Made by a program: the position numbers and the translations under genes
The notes under the pieces: generated by a model
The model's input: the letters and a program-made list of their open reading frames with translations, nothing else
Told to the model about the DNA's origin: nothing
Databases searched by the model: none
Shown: positions 21,370 to 31,688 of the stretch, one piece after another
How positions within the stretch are numbered: the first letter of the stretch is position 1
Layout: each line of letters opens with the position of its first letter
From: Candidatus Sumerlaeota bacterium
GTDB lineage: Bacteria > Bacillota > SLNR01
Direction: 5' to 3'
Length of the DNA: 64,000 nt
NCBI GenBank assembly: GCA_007132905.1
Contig: SLNR01000060.1
Coordinates: 1,442-65,441 of the forward strand

Positions 21370-22863
21370 ATGAATGAAGTAGGTCAGGTTTCACAATGGG
21401 TGACTAGTTTTCTCCCCAATGCTTTGGCGGCCTTGGCAATATTGCTTGTTGGTTGGATTGTCGCCGTTTTTGTTTCAGGAGTGGTGAAAAAAGGGGTGAG
21501 CAAAACAAAAGCGGGCACATCATTGGCTGGCTGGCTTAAAGGAGATGAAAAGGCAGAGCCGATAGAGGTGTCAAAATGGGCTGGAGCAGCGGCTTACTAT
21601 TTTGTGATGCTCTTTGTTTTAGCCGCCTTCTTTCAGTACCTAGGACTTACTTTTGTAGCTGAGCCCTTGAGAGGCTTTTTAAATCAGGCCTTTGCGTATA
21701 TTCCTCGTCTAATCGGAGCAGGGGTATTGATTTTGGTGGCCTGGATCGTTGCTACAGTATTAAAAAGGGTCATTGTTACGGTTCTTTCTAAAGCAAAACT
21801 TGAAGAGCGACTAGGTGAAGATGACATCGATACAGAGAAAAAGGGGTCTATGGTAGAGTCGTTCGCGATGGTGATCTATTGGCTGGTTTTCCTGCTTTTC
21901 TTCCCGGCGATCTTATCCACGTTGGCTTTGGAAGGATTATTGATACCTGTTCAAGATATGTTTATAGTTTTGCTAAGTTTCCTGCCTAACATTCTGGGAG
22001 CGGTTCTCATTTTTTCTTTTTCTTGTCTGGTGGCTAGAATCTTGCAGCGCTTAACCACCCATATCGTCTCTGCGGTAGGTGTAGACCGTATTGGTGAGAG
22101 CGCAAATGTTTCCTCCGTGTTAGGAGAGCAGACCATTTCAAAGCTAGTTGGTATATTGGTGTATACTTTTGTCATGGTGATTGGAATTATCGCCGCCCTC
22201 AATGCATTGGCTCTGGAAGCTATCACAGCGCCGGCAAGTCAGATGCTGGAAATGATTTTATCGGCTATACCCGCTGTTTTTGCGGCCGTGCTTGTTTTGG
22301 GAATTGCCTACCTTATCGGGCGGATTATTGCCGGTTTGGTAACAGGGGTTCTTTCAAGTATTGGATTCGACAATATATTGGAGCGTCTGGGTTTAACCAA
22401 AGAACCACAGGAAGGGCTGAAGACTCCTTCTGAGATGGCCGGATATCTTGTTTTAATAGCAGTGATGTTGCTAGCCGCTATTGAGGCGTCTGGGCTATTG
22501 GGATTTGTTTTAGTGGCGGATTTGATCGTACGGTTCATTGTGATTCTCGGTCAAGTGGCTATTGGATTGGTTATTTTTGGTCTCGGTCTTTATCTGGCCG
22601 GGTTGGCACATGAGGCTGTCATGTCCTCCGGCGGACCGCAGGCAGGTCTGTTGGCCAGACTAGCGAAAATCGCCATATTGGTGCTTGCCGGAACCATGGC
22701 CCTAAGCCATATGGGTGCTGCTCAAGAGATCATCTTTATTAGTTTTGCAGTTATCCTAGGCGCAATCGCTTTAACAGCGGTTATTGCCTTTGGCGTTGGC
22801 GGCCGGGATATTGCCTCACGAGAGCTTGATGAGATAGTGAAAAAGCTAAAAGAAAAAGAATAA
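21370..22863 (+). CDS. polytopic membrane protein built from repeated 'conserved TM helix' units (function unknown, possibly channel-related)
   Basis: At least four copies of the pattern (L/I)P..(L/I).A..L.L.(V/A)(G/A)W.VA...... are visible (LPNALAALAILLVGWIVAVF, IPRLIGAGVLILVAWIVATV, LPNILGAVLIFSFSCLVARI, IPAVFAAVLVLGIAYLIGRI). Confidence 0.6.
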   Translation: MNEVGQVSQWVTSFLPNALAALAILLVGWIVAVFVSGVVKKGVSKTKAGTSLAGWLKGDEKAEPIEVSKWAGAAAYYFVMLFVLAAFFQYLGLTFVAEPLRGFLNQAFAYIPRLIGAGVLILVAWIVATVLKRVIVTVLSKAKLEERLGEDDIDTEKKGSMVESFAMVIYWLVFLLFFPAILSTLALEGLLIPVQDMFIVLLSFLPNILGAVLIFSFSCLVARILQRLTTHIVSAVGVDRIGESANVSSVLGEQTISKLVGILVYTFVMVIGIIAALNALALEAITAPASQMLEMILSAIPAVFAAVLVLGIAYLIGRIIAGLVTGVLSSIGFDNILERLGLTKEPQEGLKTPSEMAGYLVLIAVMLLAAIEASGLLGFVLVADLIVRFIVILGQVAIGLVIFGLGLYLAGLAHEAVMSSGGPQAGLLARLAKIAILVLAGTMALSHMGAAQEIIFISFAVILGAIALTAVIAFGVGGRDIASRELDEIVKKLKEKE

Positions 22864-22960
22864 ATCGACTGTAACGGCAGCATGGCTAAGCTAAAAACGG
22901 CGAAATTTTAAGACAAGATGCTTAGTTTGTTGGAATAGAGAGGTTTGACATAAATGAAAA

Positions 22961-23003
22961 GCCCGCAGCAAAGTCATGACAGACTTTACTGCGGGCTTTT
23001 TTT
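22961..23003 (+). terminator. intrinsic terminator
   Basis: GCCCGCAG (22961-22968) and CTGCGGGC (22989-22996), followed by T7. Confidence 0.75.
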
Positions 23004-23456
23004 GACGAAATGAAGGAGCTCGGTTTATCTATACTGGATGAAAAAACTGGATGAACAAATTCTGCCGATGAAACTCAGTGAATTTGTAATGATTTTGCTG
23101 CAGAAGATGTTGCTAAAAAATCTATTCTAGCTGGGCAAGATCAGTTAGGGAGCGTTGAAGAATAAGCGAAGAAGGTAATGTTTCAACCGACTATTTCATT
23201 TTTTTAAAGATGCCTATCAGCAAGTTTAAGGGGGGAAATAGGAAAAGGGGAGGAAAAGTAAAGCAAGGGAAGGCGGTTTTGCTTGCAATGATGCGAACTT
23301 GTTTCTTTATCAAGTGCTGTTCTTTCAAAAGCTGCCTGCCAATATGGGCACTTCTCTTTTTTGATAAGGGAGTGTTTTTGAAAAGAATGGAGGATAGAGG
23401 CTGGTAAAAACAAGCAAAATAGATTACAATAATGTTATGAATACATTTTACTGGAG

Positions 23457-24419
23457 GTGCTGACATTGCCAGACCGAGCCGTTTTTGCCGGGGGATGTTT
23501 TTGGTGCATGGTGGCCCCATTTCTAAAAGAGCCGGGCGTTTATGAAGTGACTTCCGGATACACAGGGGGCACTACAGAACATCCCACTTATGAAGATGTC
23601 TGTGCAGAGAAGACAGGGCATTACGAAGCCGTTGAAGTAAGTTTTGATCCGGAGAAAACATCCTATACTCGTTTGTTGGAAATCTTTTGGCGCCAAATTG
23701 ATCCCACCGATGCAGGAGGGCAGTTTCATGATAGAGGAGATTCTTACCGAACCGCCATTTTTTACAGCGGGGCAAAACAGAAAAAAATTGCTTTAGCGTC
23801 AAAACAGGCCTTGGAAGAAAAAAATTGGTTTGAAAAACCCATTGCGACCAAGATTTTACCTTTAGAAAAATTCTATCCGGCAGAGGAAGCTCATCAAAAT
23901 TATCACCAAAAAAACCGACTTCATTACGAGATGTACCGGAGAATGTCAGGGAGGGATCGATTTTTGAAAAAACACTGGAAAGGCAAAGGCAAAAAAAATG
24001 AGTCAAATCTGAGTAAGATGCAGTGCCATGTCATGAAAGAAAACGGCACAGAGCCTCCTTTTGACAACCAATACTGGAACCATTTTGAAGAGGGGCTCTA
24101 TGTTGATGCGATTACGGGCAGGCCTCTTTTCAGCTCTCAGGATAAGTTTTCTTCAGGGTGCGGTTGGCCCAGTTTCACCAAGCCTGTTCATCCGGAGTGG
24201 ATTGAAGAAAAAGAAGACCGAAGCCATTTAATGGTTCGAACAGAGGTAAGAAGCAAAGAAAGCGATTCTCATCTTGGACATGTGTTCGAAGATGGGCCAA
24301 AACCGACCGGACTTCGCTACTGCATTAATTCGGCGGCTCTGCGGTTTGTAGCAAAAAAAGATTTAGAAAAAGAAGGATATCAAGAATATCTTGCTCTTTT
24401 TGAAAAGGAAGAGGAATGA
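23457..24419 (+). CDS. msrAB: bifunctional methionine sulfoxide reductase MsrA/MsrB
   Basis: MsrA motif GGCFWC at the N-terminus and MsrB motifs GCGWPSF, HLGHVF and RYCINS in the C-terminal half. In-frame TTG 23466 has better RBS spacing. Confidence 0.9.
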   Translation: MLTLPDRAVFAGGCFWCMVAPFLKEPGVYEVTSGYTGGTTEHPTYEDVCAEKTGHYEAVEVSFDPEKTSYTRLLEIFWRQIDPTDAGGQFHDRGDSYRTAIFYSGAKQKKIALASKQALEEKNWFEKPIATKILPLEKFYPAEEAHQNYHQKNRLHYEMYRRMSGRDRFLKKHWKGKGKKNESNLSKMQCHVMKENGTEPPFDNQYWNHFEEGLYVDAITGRPLFSSQDKFSSGCGWPSFTKPVHPEWIEEKEDRSHLMVRTEVRSKESDSHLGHVFEDGPKPTGLRYCINSAALRFVAKKDLEKEGYQEYLALFEKEEE

Positions 24420-24435
24420 AAAACTGTTATAAAAC

Positions 24436-24475
24436 AAAAAGTCGGTCTTATGAAAAAGACCGACTTTTTGTTTTG
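24436..24475 (+). terminator. intrinsic terminator after msrAB
   Basis: GTCGGTCTT/AAGACCGAC stem flanked by an A-tract and a T-tract. Confidence 0.8.
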
Positions 24476-24573
24476 GCGGAAAAAAAGGTTGGAGAACAGG
24501 AAAAGATATATTGAAGTAGAATTATAAACTTTACGAATATTATAATAATTGTCGTGACTAAGGGAGTGATTTT

Positions 24574-25761
24574 TTGAGTAAGCATAGGCCGACATGGATA
24601 GAAATTAACTTGGACAATGTGGCGCATAATGTTCGAAAAATCAAAGAGAGGGTGGGAGAGCAGGTCTGTTTGATGGCTACTGTAAAAGGAGATGGCTACG
24701 GGCACGGCAGTTATGAGGTAGCGAGTGTGGCGTTGAAAAACGGCGCAGAAAAACTTGCTGTTGCCATGGTCGACGAAGGTGTCATGCTGCGCAGAAAAGG
24801 AATAAAGGCCCCGATTTTGATTTTAGGTGTATCTCCTTTGGAAGCTGTTGAAAATATTGTGGAGTATGATTTGATGCAGGCGGTTTGTTCGATAGAGCTT
24901 GCCGAGGCCATATCAAAAGAAAGTGTAAAGCAGGGTAAGAGAATGAAGGTAAATATTAAAGTTGATTCAGGTATGAACCGAATCGGGGTTAGGCCCGCGG
25001 AAGTAGTTAGTTTTACAAAGCAGGTAAGAGATCTTCCCCATTTGGAAATAGAAGGCGTATTCACCCATTTTGCAACAAGCTATTATGAAAAGGATTTTGT
25101 TGAAAAGCAGTACCAGGCATTTAAAGAAGCACTTGCCAGCTTGGAGGAGGCGGGACTAGATATCCCATACAGGCACTGCAGTAACAGCGGAGCCGTGGTC
25201 AATTTCCCGCACACCTATTTAGATCAAGTGAGGCCCGGATCAATGCTCACTTCACCCGTAAAGGCTCAATTTCCGGATTTACAAATGGATTTGCGTTATT
25301 GCTTTTGCTGGAAGACAAAGGTGGCTTTCCTTCATGACATGAAAAAGGGCGAAAGCCTTGGGTATAATCTAGTTTACACCGCCGACAGTGATCGAAGGAT
25401 CGCCGTTTTACCTGTCGGATGGGGAGATGGCCTCCCGGCTGATCTTTCCAACCAGGGAGAAGTTTTGATTTCCGGCGAGCGCTGCCCGATACGTGGCCGG
25501 ATATGTATGGATCAAACCATGGTGGATGTGACAGAAATCAAAGAGATAAATGTAGGCGATGAAGTTGTTCTGTTAGGGTCACAAAAAGATCAGGAAATAT
25601 CTCATTTAGAATGGACTACTATTTTAGGCGGCTACAACAACCATATTGTGGTTCGTTGTTTAGTGACCAATCGGGTCCCCAGAATTTTTATCTATCAAGG
25701 AAAAGAGGCGGGGAAAAGAGTGCCTTTGCGTCCTGAAATGAACAAAGAGATTGTTTTTTAG
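24574..25761 (+). CDS. alr: alanine racemase
   Basis: PLP-lysine region ATVKGDGYGHG, and PVGWGDG with R.CMD near the C-terminus; TTG start. Confidence 0.9.
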   Translation: MSKHRPTWIEINLDNVAHNVRKIKERVGEQVCLMATVKGDGYGHGSYEVASVALKNGAEKLAVAMVDEGVMLRRKGIKAPILILGVSPLEAVENIVEYDLMQAVCSIELAEAISKESVKQGKRMKVNIKVDSGMNRIGVRPAEVVSFTKQVRDLPHLEIEGVFTHFATSYYEKDFVEKQYQAFKEALASLEEAGLDIPYRHCSNSGAVVNFPHTYLDQVRPGSMLTSPVKAQFPDLQMDLRYCFCWKTKVAFLHDMKKGESLGYNLVYTADSDRRIAVLPVGWGDGLPADLSNQGEVLISGERCPIRGRICMDQTMVDVTEIKEINVGDEVVLLGSQKDQEISHLEWTTILGGYNNHIVVRCLVTNRVPRIFIYQGKEAGKRVPLRPEMNKEIVF

Positions 25762-25790
25762 GAAGCAAAAGCCTGCTTCCTTTTTTTTTT
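25761..25790 (+). terminator. intrinsic terminator after alr
   Basis: GGAAGCA/TGCTTCC stem followed by T10. Confidence 0.85.
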
Positions 25791-25883
25791 GCCCGATTGG
25801 GGGCAGGGTTTGCCGCCAGTGTGTAGAAAGGAATTTACTGTTCCGTAGAAATAGAATAGGATTTGACTTTAGGAGGAATGAAA

Positions 25884-27299
25884 ATGGGGAAGACTGTAAT
25901 GGATTGGATCGATCAAAACGAGAAAAAGTTGATTGAATTGAGTGATCAAGTCTGGGAATACGCCGAAGTGGCTATGGAAGAATATCGCTCAAGTTCTCTT
26001 TTAGCCGATTATCTGGAAGAATTGGGTTTTAAGGTTGAACGAGGCGTGGCGGAAATGCCGACGGCTTTTGTGGCCAGCTATGGAAAAGGAAAGCCAGTAG
26101 TCGGCATACTGGGAGAATACGATGCTCTACCGGGACTCAGCCAAGAAGTGGATCCTGAACAAAAGCCGATAGAAAAAGGAGCGCCGGGCCAGGGTTGCGG
26201 GCACAATTTGTTCGGGGTGGCTTCTCTAGGTGCCGCAGCGGCGGTTAAAGAAGCCATCGACCAAGGAAAGGTAAAAGGAACCGTCCGCTTTTACGGCTGT
26301 CCTGCTGAGGAAACATTAACGGGGAAAGTATACATGGTAAAGGCCGGTCTTTTTGAAGATGTCGATATTTCATTGGCCTGGCATCCGGGCGGAATTAATT
26401 CGATGTGGATTGGCAGTGACCAGGCGATGAATTCAGCCAAGTTTCGTTTTTACGGGAGAACGGCCCATGCCGCCGGCGATCCTTGGAACGGAAGAAGCGC
26501 TTTGGATGCTGTGGAGTTGATGAATGTGGGCTCGAATTATCTAAGAGAACATATCATAACGGACGCCCGTGTTCATTATGTGATTACCAATGGAGGAGAG
26601 GCACCAAATATCGTTCCGGACGAAGCGGAGGTTTGGTATTATGTTCGTGCTCCGAAGCGGCATCAGGTAGAAGAGATTTACGACCGTCTTGTTAAAATTG
26701 CCGAAGGGGCTGCCTTGATGACAGAAACTGAGCTAGAAATTGATTTCCTTACCGGTTGCTACAACTCTCTCCATAACCATACGGTGGGGGATGTTTTGTT
26801 TGAGAAATTAGAAGAAGTGGGAGCGCCTTCGTTTAGCGAAGCGGACAAAGCTTTTGCCGAGAAGGTTAGCGAATCTTTTAAACCTAAACAAAAAGAGACT
26901 GCGGTGAGCAAATATTCTTCTGAAGCCGCCGAAAAGTTAATGGAAAAGCCTCTTTGTGATATCGTCATCGAGCCCCAGGGAGCAGGTCGCGTTTCAGGTG
27001 GATCTACGGATGTAGCCGATGTGAGTTGGGTGACGCCAACCGCGCAGTTTACGACAGCCTGCAATGTTTTGGGAGCTGCGGGTCATTCCTGGCAGTTTAC
27101 GGCAGCAGCCGGAATGGGTATCGGCCACAAAGGGATGATTACGGCCGCTAAAGTACTTGGCCTGGGAGCCTTGGAGTTTTTAAACGATGAGCAGTTGGTC
27201 GACAAGGCCAGAACTGAATTTAAAAACGCAGTCAAAAAGAATCCTTATTCTTCTCCTCTCCCAAAAGAAGCCAAACCACCAGTGAAAAAGCCAAAGTAG
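25884..27299 (+). CDS. M20-family amidohydrolase (AbgB-like)
   Basis: GEYDALPG, GCGHNLFG and YGCPAEE motifs. ATG 25884 lies 7 nt after AGGAGG. Confidence 0.8.
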   Translation: MGKTVMDWIDQNEKKLIELSDQVWEYAEVAMEEYRSSSLLADYLEELGFKVERGVAEMPTAFVASYGKGKPVVGILGEYDALPGLSQEVDPEQKPIEKGAPGQGCGHNLFGVASLGAAAAVKEAIDQGKVKGTVRFYGCPAEETLTGKVYMVKAGLFEDVDISLAWHPGGINSMWIGSDQAMNSAKFRFYGRTAHAAGDPWNGRSALDAVELMNVGSNYLREHIITDARVHYVITNGGEAPNIVPDEAEVWYYVRAPKRHQVEEIYDRLVKIAEGAALMTETELEIDFLTGCYNSLHNHTVGDVLFEKLEEVGAPSFSEADKAFAEKVSESFKPKQKETAVSKYSSEAAEKLMEKPLCDIVIEPQGAGRVSGGSTDVADVSWVTPTAQFTTACNVLGAAGHSWQFTAAAGMGIGHKGMITAAKVLGLGALEFLNDEQLVDKARTEFKNAVKKNPYSSPLPKEAKPPVKKPK

Positions 27300-27314
27300 A
27301 TCCAAAAGCACATC

Positions 27315-27347
27315 AAAGGCCTGGGGCAGTATCTCCAGGCCTTTTTT
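27315..27347 (+). terminator. intrinsic terminator
   Basis: AAAGGCCTGG/CCAGGCCTTT stem followed by a T-run. Confidence 0.85.
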
Positions 27348-27508
27348 AAATATGGTGTAACAACAAAACATCATTTTGCTTTGCGAAGTCAGCAAGGTTG
27401 ACGAAGAGTGTCTATAAAGATGTATTCGTAAGGGAAAGAGAGACAAAGGAAGGATATAGATTTCAAGAGTCGAACACGTAGAATACACCGACAGTAGGAG
27501 TGAATTTT

Positions 27509-28030
27509 GTGCCTGTTTTTTTGAGTTTTTTCATAATATTTGCAGCTCGGCTAATCGATGTTACTTTGATGACGATACGTATGCTGATGATTATGCGCGG
27601 GAAACGTCTAGAGGCTTCTTTGATTGGTTTTTTTGAAATGATCATTTACATGTTTGCTTTAAGTCAAATCTTCCATAATCTTGATAATTTTTATAACATC
27701 ATTGCTTTTGCTTTGGGCTTTTCTTCAGGAAATTATTTAGGCATGATGCTGGAAGAGAAAATGGCTATGGGTTTTGTTACGGTCCATGTGATTTCAAAAG
27801 GGCATGCAGATATAATCATTGAAAGTTTAAGAGAGGCAGGTTTTGGCGTCACGGTGGTGAATGGGATGGGGCGCTATCGTCTGAGAAAGATGATGTATAT
27901 CAATGCCAAGCGAAAAGACCTTCCTCCTTTGCTTAAGAGAATAGATGAACTTGACCGGGAAGCCTTTGTTACAGTATTAGATACAAAGGCCATCAAGGGT
28001 GGTTTTATGTTTAACAGGAAGGATAAGTAA
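27509..28030 (+). CDS. UPF0316/DUF2179 small membrane protein
   Basis: Three N-terminal TM helices with IDVTLMTIRMLMIMRGKR, then a soluble alpha/beta tail. GTG 27509 lies 8 nt after AGGAG. Confidence 0.7.
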   Translation: MPVFLSFFIIFAARLIDVTLMTIRMLMIMRGKRLEASLIGFFEMIIYMFALSQIFHNLDNFYNIIAFALGFSSGNYLGMMLEEKMAMGFVTVHVISKGHADIIIESLREAGFGVTVVNGMGRYRLRKMMYINAKRKDLPPLLKRIDELDREAFVTVLDTKAIKGGFMFNRKDK

Positions 28031-28115
28031 AGAGAATGTTTTTCGGCAGGGAAGCCAGGGCATGAGTTAGTTCTTGAGATCAAGCAAGTAAGCGGCTGAG
28101 AAAGGACTGAAGAGG

Positions 28116-28877
28116 ATGAAAACGAGTATGTTGGGCGTCAGTGCCGCTTTTCCTTCTGAAGGAGATGCTTGCTCTGGCTATCTAGTTCACAGCGAAGATA
28201 CAAAAATTTTGTTAGACTGTGGTTCGGGGATCATGTCAAGATTGCCTCGTTTTTCTTCTTACGATGATGTAGAGGCGGTCTTGATTTCTCATCTTCATGC
28301 CGATCATTATCTGGATGTGCATATTCTCCGTTACGCTTTAGCTTATAGCCAGCATAAAAAAACCCCCTTTAAAAAAGTGCCTTTACTGATGCCTCCCGGG
28401 GATTATGCCCGCCTTGCCAATGAGGCATCGGCAGAAAGAAACAAACTTGATGATGTTTTTCAACCTGCCTCCATGAGTGAAAAATCAAAAATCAGACTAG
28501 GTTCTTTTGAGCTGTCTTTTTCTTTGATGAACCACCCGCTCCAATCATTTGCTATGAAAGTTTCAGGACGACTGGGAAAAACAATGGTGTACTCCGGAGA
28601 TACCGGGTGGACTGAATCGCTTATTGAATTTGCCAAAGATGCTGATCTATTCCTGTGCGAAGCGACTCTGCAAGAGAAAGATAAAGAGCGGGCATTTGAT
28701 GCCGGCCATTTAACAGCGACTCAAGCTGGAGAAATAGCAAGCCGGGCCAAGGTAAAAAAACTTGTTCTTACTCATATATGGCCGGAATATGAAAAGCATC
28801 AAAGTTTATTAGAGGCGTCAGAAACATTCAGCGGTTTTATTGAACTGGCTGAAGTGGGCGGTACGGTTGAAGTTTAG
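28116..28877 (+). CDS. MBL-fold metallo-hydrolase
   Basis: HLHADH motif, downstream D/H ligands (SGDTG, THIW); 253 aa. Confidence 0.8.
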   Translation: MKTSMLGVSAAFPSEGDACSGYLVHSEDTKILLDCGSGIMSRLPRFSSYDDVEAVLISHLHADHYLDVHILRYALAYSQHKKTPFKKVPLLMPPGDYARLANEASAERNKLDDVFQPASMSEKSKIRLGSFELSFSLMNHPLQSFAMKVSGRLGKTMVYSGDTGWTESLIEFAKDADLFLCEATLQEKDKERAFDAGHLTATQAGEIASRAKVKKLVLTHIWPEYEKHQSLLEASETFSGFIELAEVGGTVEV

Positions 28878-28894
28878 TGGAAGGAGGAAAGCCC

Positions 28895-29737
28895 GTGCGT
28901 GATATTCATGTTAAGGAAGTAGGCGAGACAATATCTTCTTTATGCAAGGAGGCCAACACTTGCTTGCCCGCTGATGTCTATGCGGCGATTGAAAAAGCAC
29001 GCCAGTCGGAGACAGAGGATAGGGCAAAAAAAATCTTAAAAATGCTTTTAGAAAATGCGGACTTAGCCTGTCGTGAAAGGATGGCGATATGTCAGGATAC
29101 CGGGCAAGTGGTGGTTTTTCTAAAGATCGGCCAGGATGTACATTTTTACGGGGGCCTTCTTTTGGAGGCGATTCAACAAGGAGTTCGCCAGGCTTACAAG
29201 GAAGGTTGTTTCCGCACTTCGGTTGTAGAAGAGCCTTTGAGGCGAGACAATACCAAGGACAATACGCCGGCGGTGATACACACTTACATTGTGCCCGGAG
29301 AAGAGGTTCATATTCAAGTTATGCCCAAAGGGTTTGGAAGTGAAAACATGAGCCGTCTAGCCATGATGAAGCCGGCTGAAGAGAAAGCAGGAATGGTAGA
29401 TTTTGTCGTTGAATCTGTACATAAGGCAGGGGCAAATCCTTGCCCGCCGATCGTGGTGGGCGTGGGTATGGGCGGTACGATGGAGAAGGCGGCGCTTTTA
29501 TCAAAAGAAGCCCTTCTCCGGCCCATTGGGAGCGCCAATGATAAAAAAGAGCTTCAGCCCATAGAGGAAGAACTGCTCGATAAGATCAATGAAATCGGTA
29601 TCGGGCCTCAAGGGTTAGGGGGAAAAACCACGGCTTTGGCCGTTCATATTAAAACGTATCCAACTCATATTGCCGGGCTTCCTGTGGCAGTGAACTTTTC
29701 CTGCCATGCCACTCGCCATGCTGAGCGGGTACTTTAA
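28895..29737 (+). CDS. class I (Fe-S) fumarate/tartrate hydro-lyase, alpha subunit
   Basis: CQDTGQ, PKGFGSEN and PPIVVGVGMGGT motifs. GTG 28895 follows GGAGG and gives about 280 aa. Confidence 0.88.
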   Translation: MRDIHVKEVGETISSLCKEANTCLPADVYAAIEKARQSETEDRAKKILKMLLENADLACRERMAICQDTGQVVVFLKIGQDVHFYGGLLLEAIQQGVRQAYKEGCFRTSVVEEPLRRDNTKDNTPAVIHTYIVPGEEVHIQVMPKGFGSENMSRLAMMKPAEEKAGMVDFVVESVHKAGANPCPPIVVGVGMGGTMEKAALLSKEALLRPIGSANDKKELQPIEEELLDKINEIGIGPQGLGGKTTALAVHIKTYPTHIAGLPVAVNFSCHATRHAERVL

Positions 29738-29754
29738 GTACGGGGGAGGGCATA

Positions 29755-30291
29755 ATGGGGAAAATCTGGGAAATAAAACTGCCTTTAAAAGATGAAGACA
29801 TTCATAAATTGAAATGCGGTGATGAGGTATGGCTGACCGGTGTCATGTATACGGCTCGAGACGCGGCTCACAAGCGGTTCATGTGTTTGCTGGAAGAAAA
29901 ACAGCCGCTGCCGATCCCCATTGAAAGTGCGGTCATTTACTATGTCGGACCCTGTCCTGCCAAGCCGGGAGAAGCCATCGGTTCTGCCGGGCCGACAACA
30001 AGCGGCCGCATGGATTCATATACCACAGAACTCTTAGATAAAGGTTTGAAAGGGATGATAGGCAAAGGGGACCGATCAAGTGAGGTTATTGAAAGCATGA
30101 AGAAGAACAAGGCAGTCTATTTTGCTGCTGTGGGCGGAGCGGGTGCTTTGCTTGCCTCTCATATCCGACGGGCAGAACCCATTGCTTTTTGCGATCTTGG
30201 CCCGGAGGCGGTGTATCGATTAGAAGTTGAACGTTTTCCGGTATTTGTGGCTGTCGATGCGTTTGGTGAGAATGTTTATGATAGGAAATAG
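29755..30291 (+). CDS. class I fumarate/tartrate hydro-lyase, beta subunit
   Basis: [24 protein letters not shown] and [14 protein letters not shown] motifs. Confidence 0.88.
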   Translation: MGKIWEIKLPLKDEDIHKLKCGDEVWLTGVMYTARDAAHKRFMCLLEEKQPLPIPIESAVIYYVGPCPAKPGEAIGSAGPTTSGRMDSYTTELLDKGLKGMIGKGDRSSEVIESMKKNKAVYFAAVGGAGALLASHIRRAEPIAFCDLGPEAVYRLEVERFPVFVAVDAFGENVYDRK

Positions 30292-30307
30292 GAAGGGGAT
30301 GACAAGG

Positions 30308-31051
30308 ATGAAAAGAACAGACGGGAGGGATCAGGACGAGCTTAGGCCGGTCCGTATCAGCAGAAATTACCTTCCTTATGCTGAAGGTTCAGCGATGATC
30401 GAAATCGGAAACACAAAAGTAATTTGTACGGCTACGGTGGAGGATAAAGTCCCCCCTTTTCTAAAAAAGGAATCGCATGGTTGGATCACCGCAGAGTATA
30501 GTATGCTTCCTAGAGCCACTCAAGTGCGGACCATTCGCGAAAGTTCTCGAGGAAAAGTGAGCGGCAGGACTTTTGAAATCCAGCGGCTTATAGGGAGAGC
30601 GCTAAGATCGGTAACTGATTTAAAAGTGTTGGGAGAAAGGACTATCTGGATCGACTGCGATGTGATCCAGGCGGATGGGGGAACCCGAACGGCGTCAATT
30701 ACGGGATCATTTATCGCCTTGGTGGATGCGCTGAATTATTTATATCGGCGTCAGCTTATTGAGTCCATTCCGGTTACTGATTTTCTGGCGGCGATCAGCG
30801 TTGGAATTTTTCACGACGAGGTATTGCTTGATTTGTCATTTGAAGAAGATTCTGAGTGCCGAGTAGACATGAATGTGGTCATGACGGGGCAGGGAGAATT
30901 TGTTGAAATTCAAGGAACAGGCGAAAGTGCTCCTTTTACCCGACGCGAACTAGATAAAATGCTCTATGTCGGACAAAACGGAATTATGGAGATGATCGGC
31001 TATCAAAAGGCGGCTTTGGGCGAGATCATAATGGATATTGGTTTATTGTGA
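30308..31051 (+). CDS. rph: ribonuclease PH
   Basis: [25 protein letters not shown] and [18 protein letters not shown] motifs. ATG 30299 is an alternative start. Confidence 0.93.
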   Translation: MKRTDGRDQDELRPVRISRNYLPYAEGSAMIEIGNTKVICTATVEDKVPPFLKKESHGWITAEYSMLPRATQVRTIRESSRGKVSGRTFEIQRLIGRALRSVTDLKVLGERTIWIDCDVIQADGGTRTASITGSFIALVDALNYLYRRQLIESIPVTDFLAAISVGIFHDEVLLDLSFEEDSECRVDMNVVMTGQGEFVEIQGTGESAPFTRRELDKMLYVGQNGIMEMIGYQKAALGEIIMDIGLL

Positions 31052-31060
31052 GGAGGACCT

Positions 31061-31669
31061 ATGCAGATTATTTTAGCTACAAAAAACGAAGGCAAGGTAA
31101 GAGAGTTTAAACAATTAATGAAAGATCTGCCGCTTCAAATTCGCTCTCTTAAGGAAAAAGATAATTCGATCGATATTGAAGAAAGCGGGGAGACATTTAA
31201 AGAAAATGCGGTGATTAAAGCAAGGGTTGCGGCAGAAAGATTTAACCAAACGGCTGTGGCGGATGATTCGGGGCTAGAAGTCGATTTTTTAGAAGGAAGA
31301 CCGGGAGTTTTTTCGGCCAGGTTTGCCGGACAAGGGGCAAATGATCGGGAAAACAATCAGAAACTCCTCAAAGAGCTCAAAGGAGTTCCGGATGCGAACA
31401 GGACAGCGCGTTTTCGGTGCAGCATAGCGCTTGTAACCCCGGATGGAAACGTGTTTGCAGAAGAAGGTACTTGTGAAGGGGTTATTGGACATGTCGAAAA
31501 AGGAGATTCAGGGTTTGGCTACGATCCGTTATTTTATGTGCCTGAGTTTAAAAAAACGTTTGCTGAGCTTGATATGGAAACAAAAAACCGCATTAGCCAT
31601 AGAGCCAAGGCGTATAGAAAAGCCCGGGAAATCCTCACGGATTTGCTTTTAAAATATCGAGAAACCTAA
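31061..31669 (+). CDS. rdgB: XTP/dITP diphosphatase (RdgB/HAM1 family)
   Basis: ATKNEGKVREF, ADDSGLEVD, GFGYDP.F and SHRAKA motifs. Confidence 0.92.
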   Translation: MQIILATKNEGKVREFKQLMKDLPLQIRSLKEKDNSIDIEESGETFKENAVIKARVAAERFNQTAVADDSGLEVDFLEGRPGVFSARFAGQGANDRENNQKLLKELKGVPDANRTARFRCSIALVTPDGNVFAEEGTCEGVIGHVEKGDSGFGYDPLFYVPEFKKTFAELDMETKNRISHRAKAYRKAREILTDLLLKYRET

Positions 31670-31688
31670 GATAATGGTGGTGGATAAG

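Noticed and set aside
20743-21373. ORFs 20743-20964 (+), 20601-20903 (-) and 21155-21373 (+) around the smpB end.
   Set aside because: They overlap the tmRNA gene. The first simply reads through the tmRNA tag (it ends NENHSLAAA) and the last starts in the tmRNA 3' end.
23210-23407. ORF 23210-23407 (+), 65 aa, and overlapping minus-strand ORFs in the msrAB upstream gap.
   Set aside because: The basic, low-complexity translation derives from the purine tract, with no RBS and no recognisable family. The region itself is kept as a low-interest finding.
21195-23456. Possible genomic island or prophage integrated at the tmRNA 3' end.
   Set aside because: There is no integrase, no duplicated ssrA 3' segment that I could see and no compositional break. 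The next gene is an ordinary membrane protein on the same strand.
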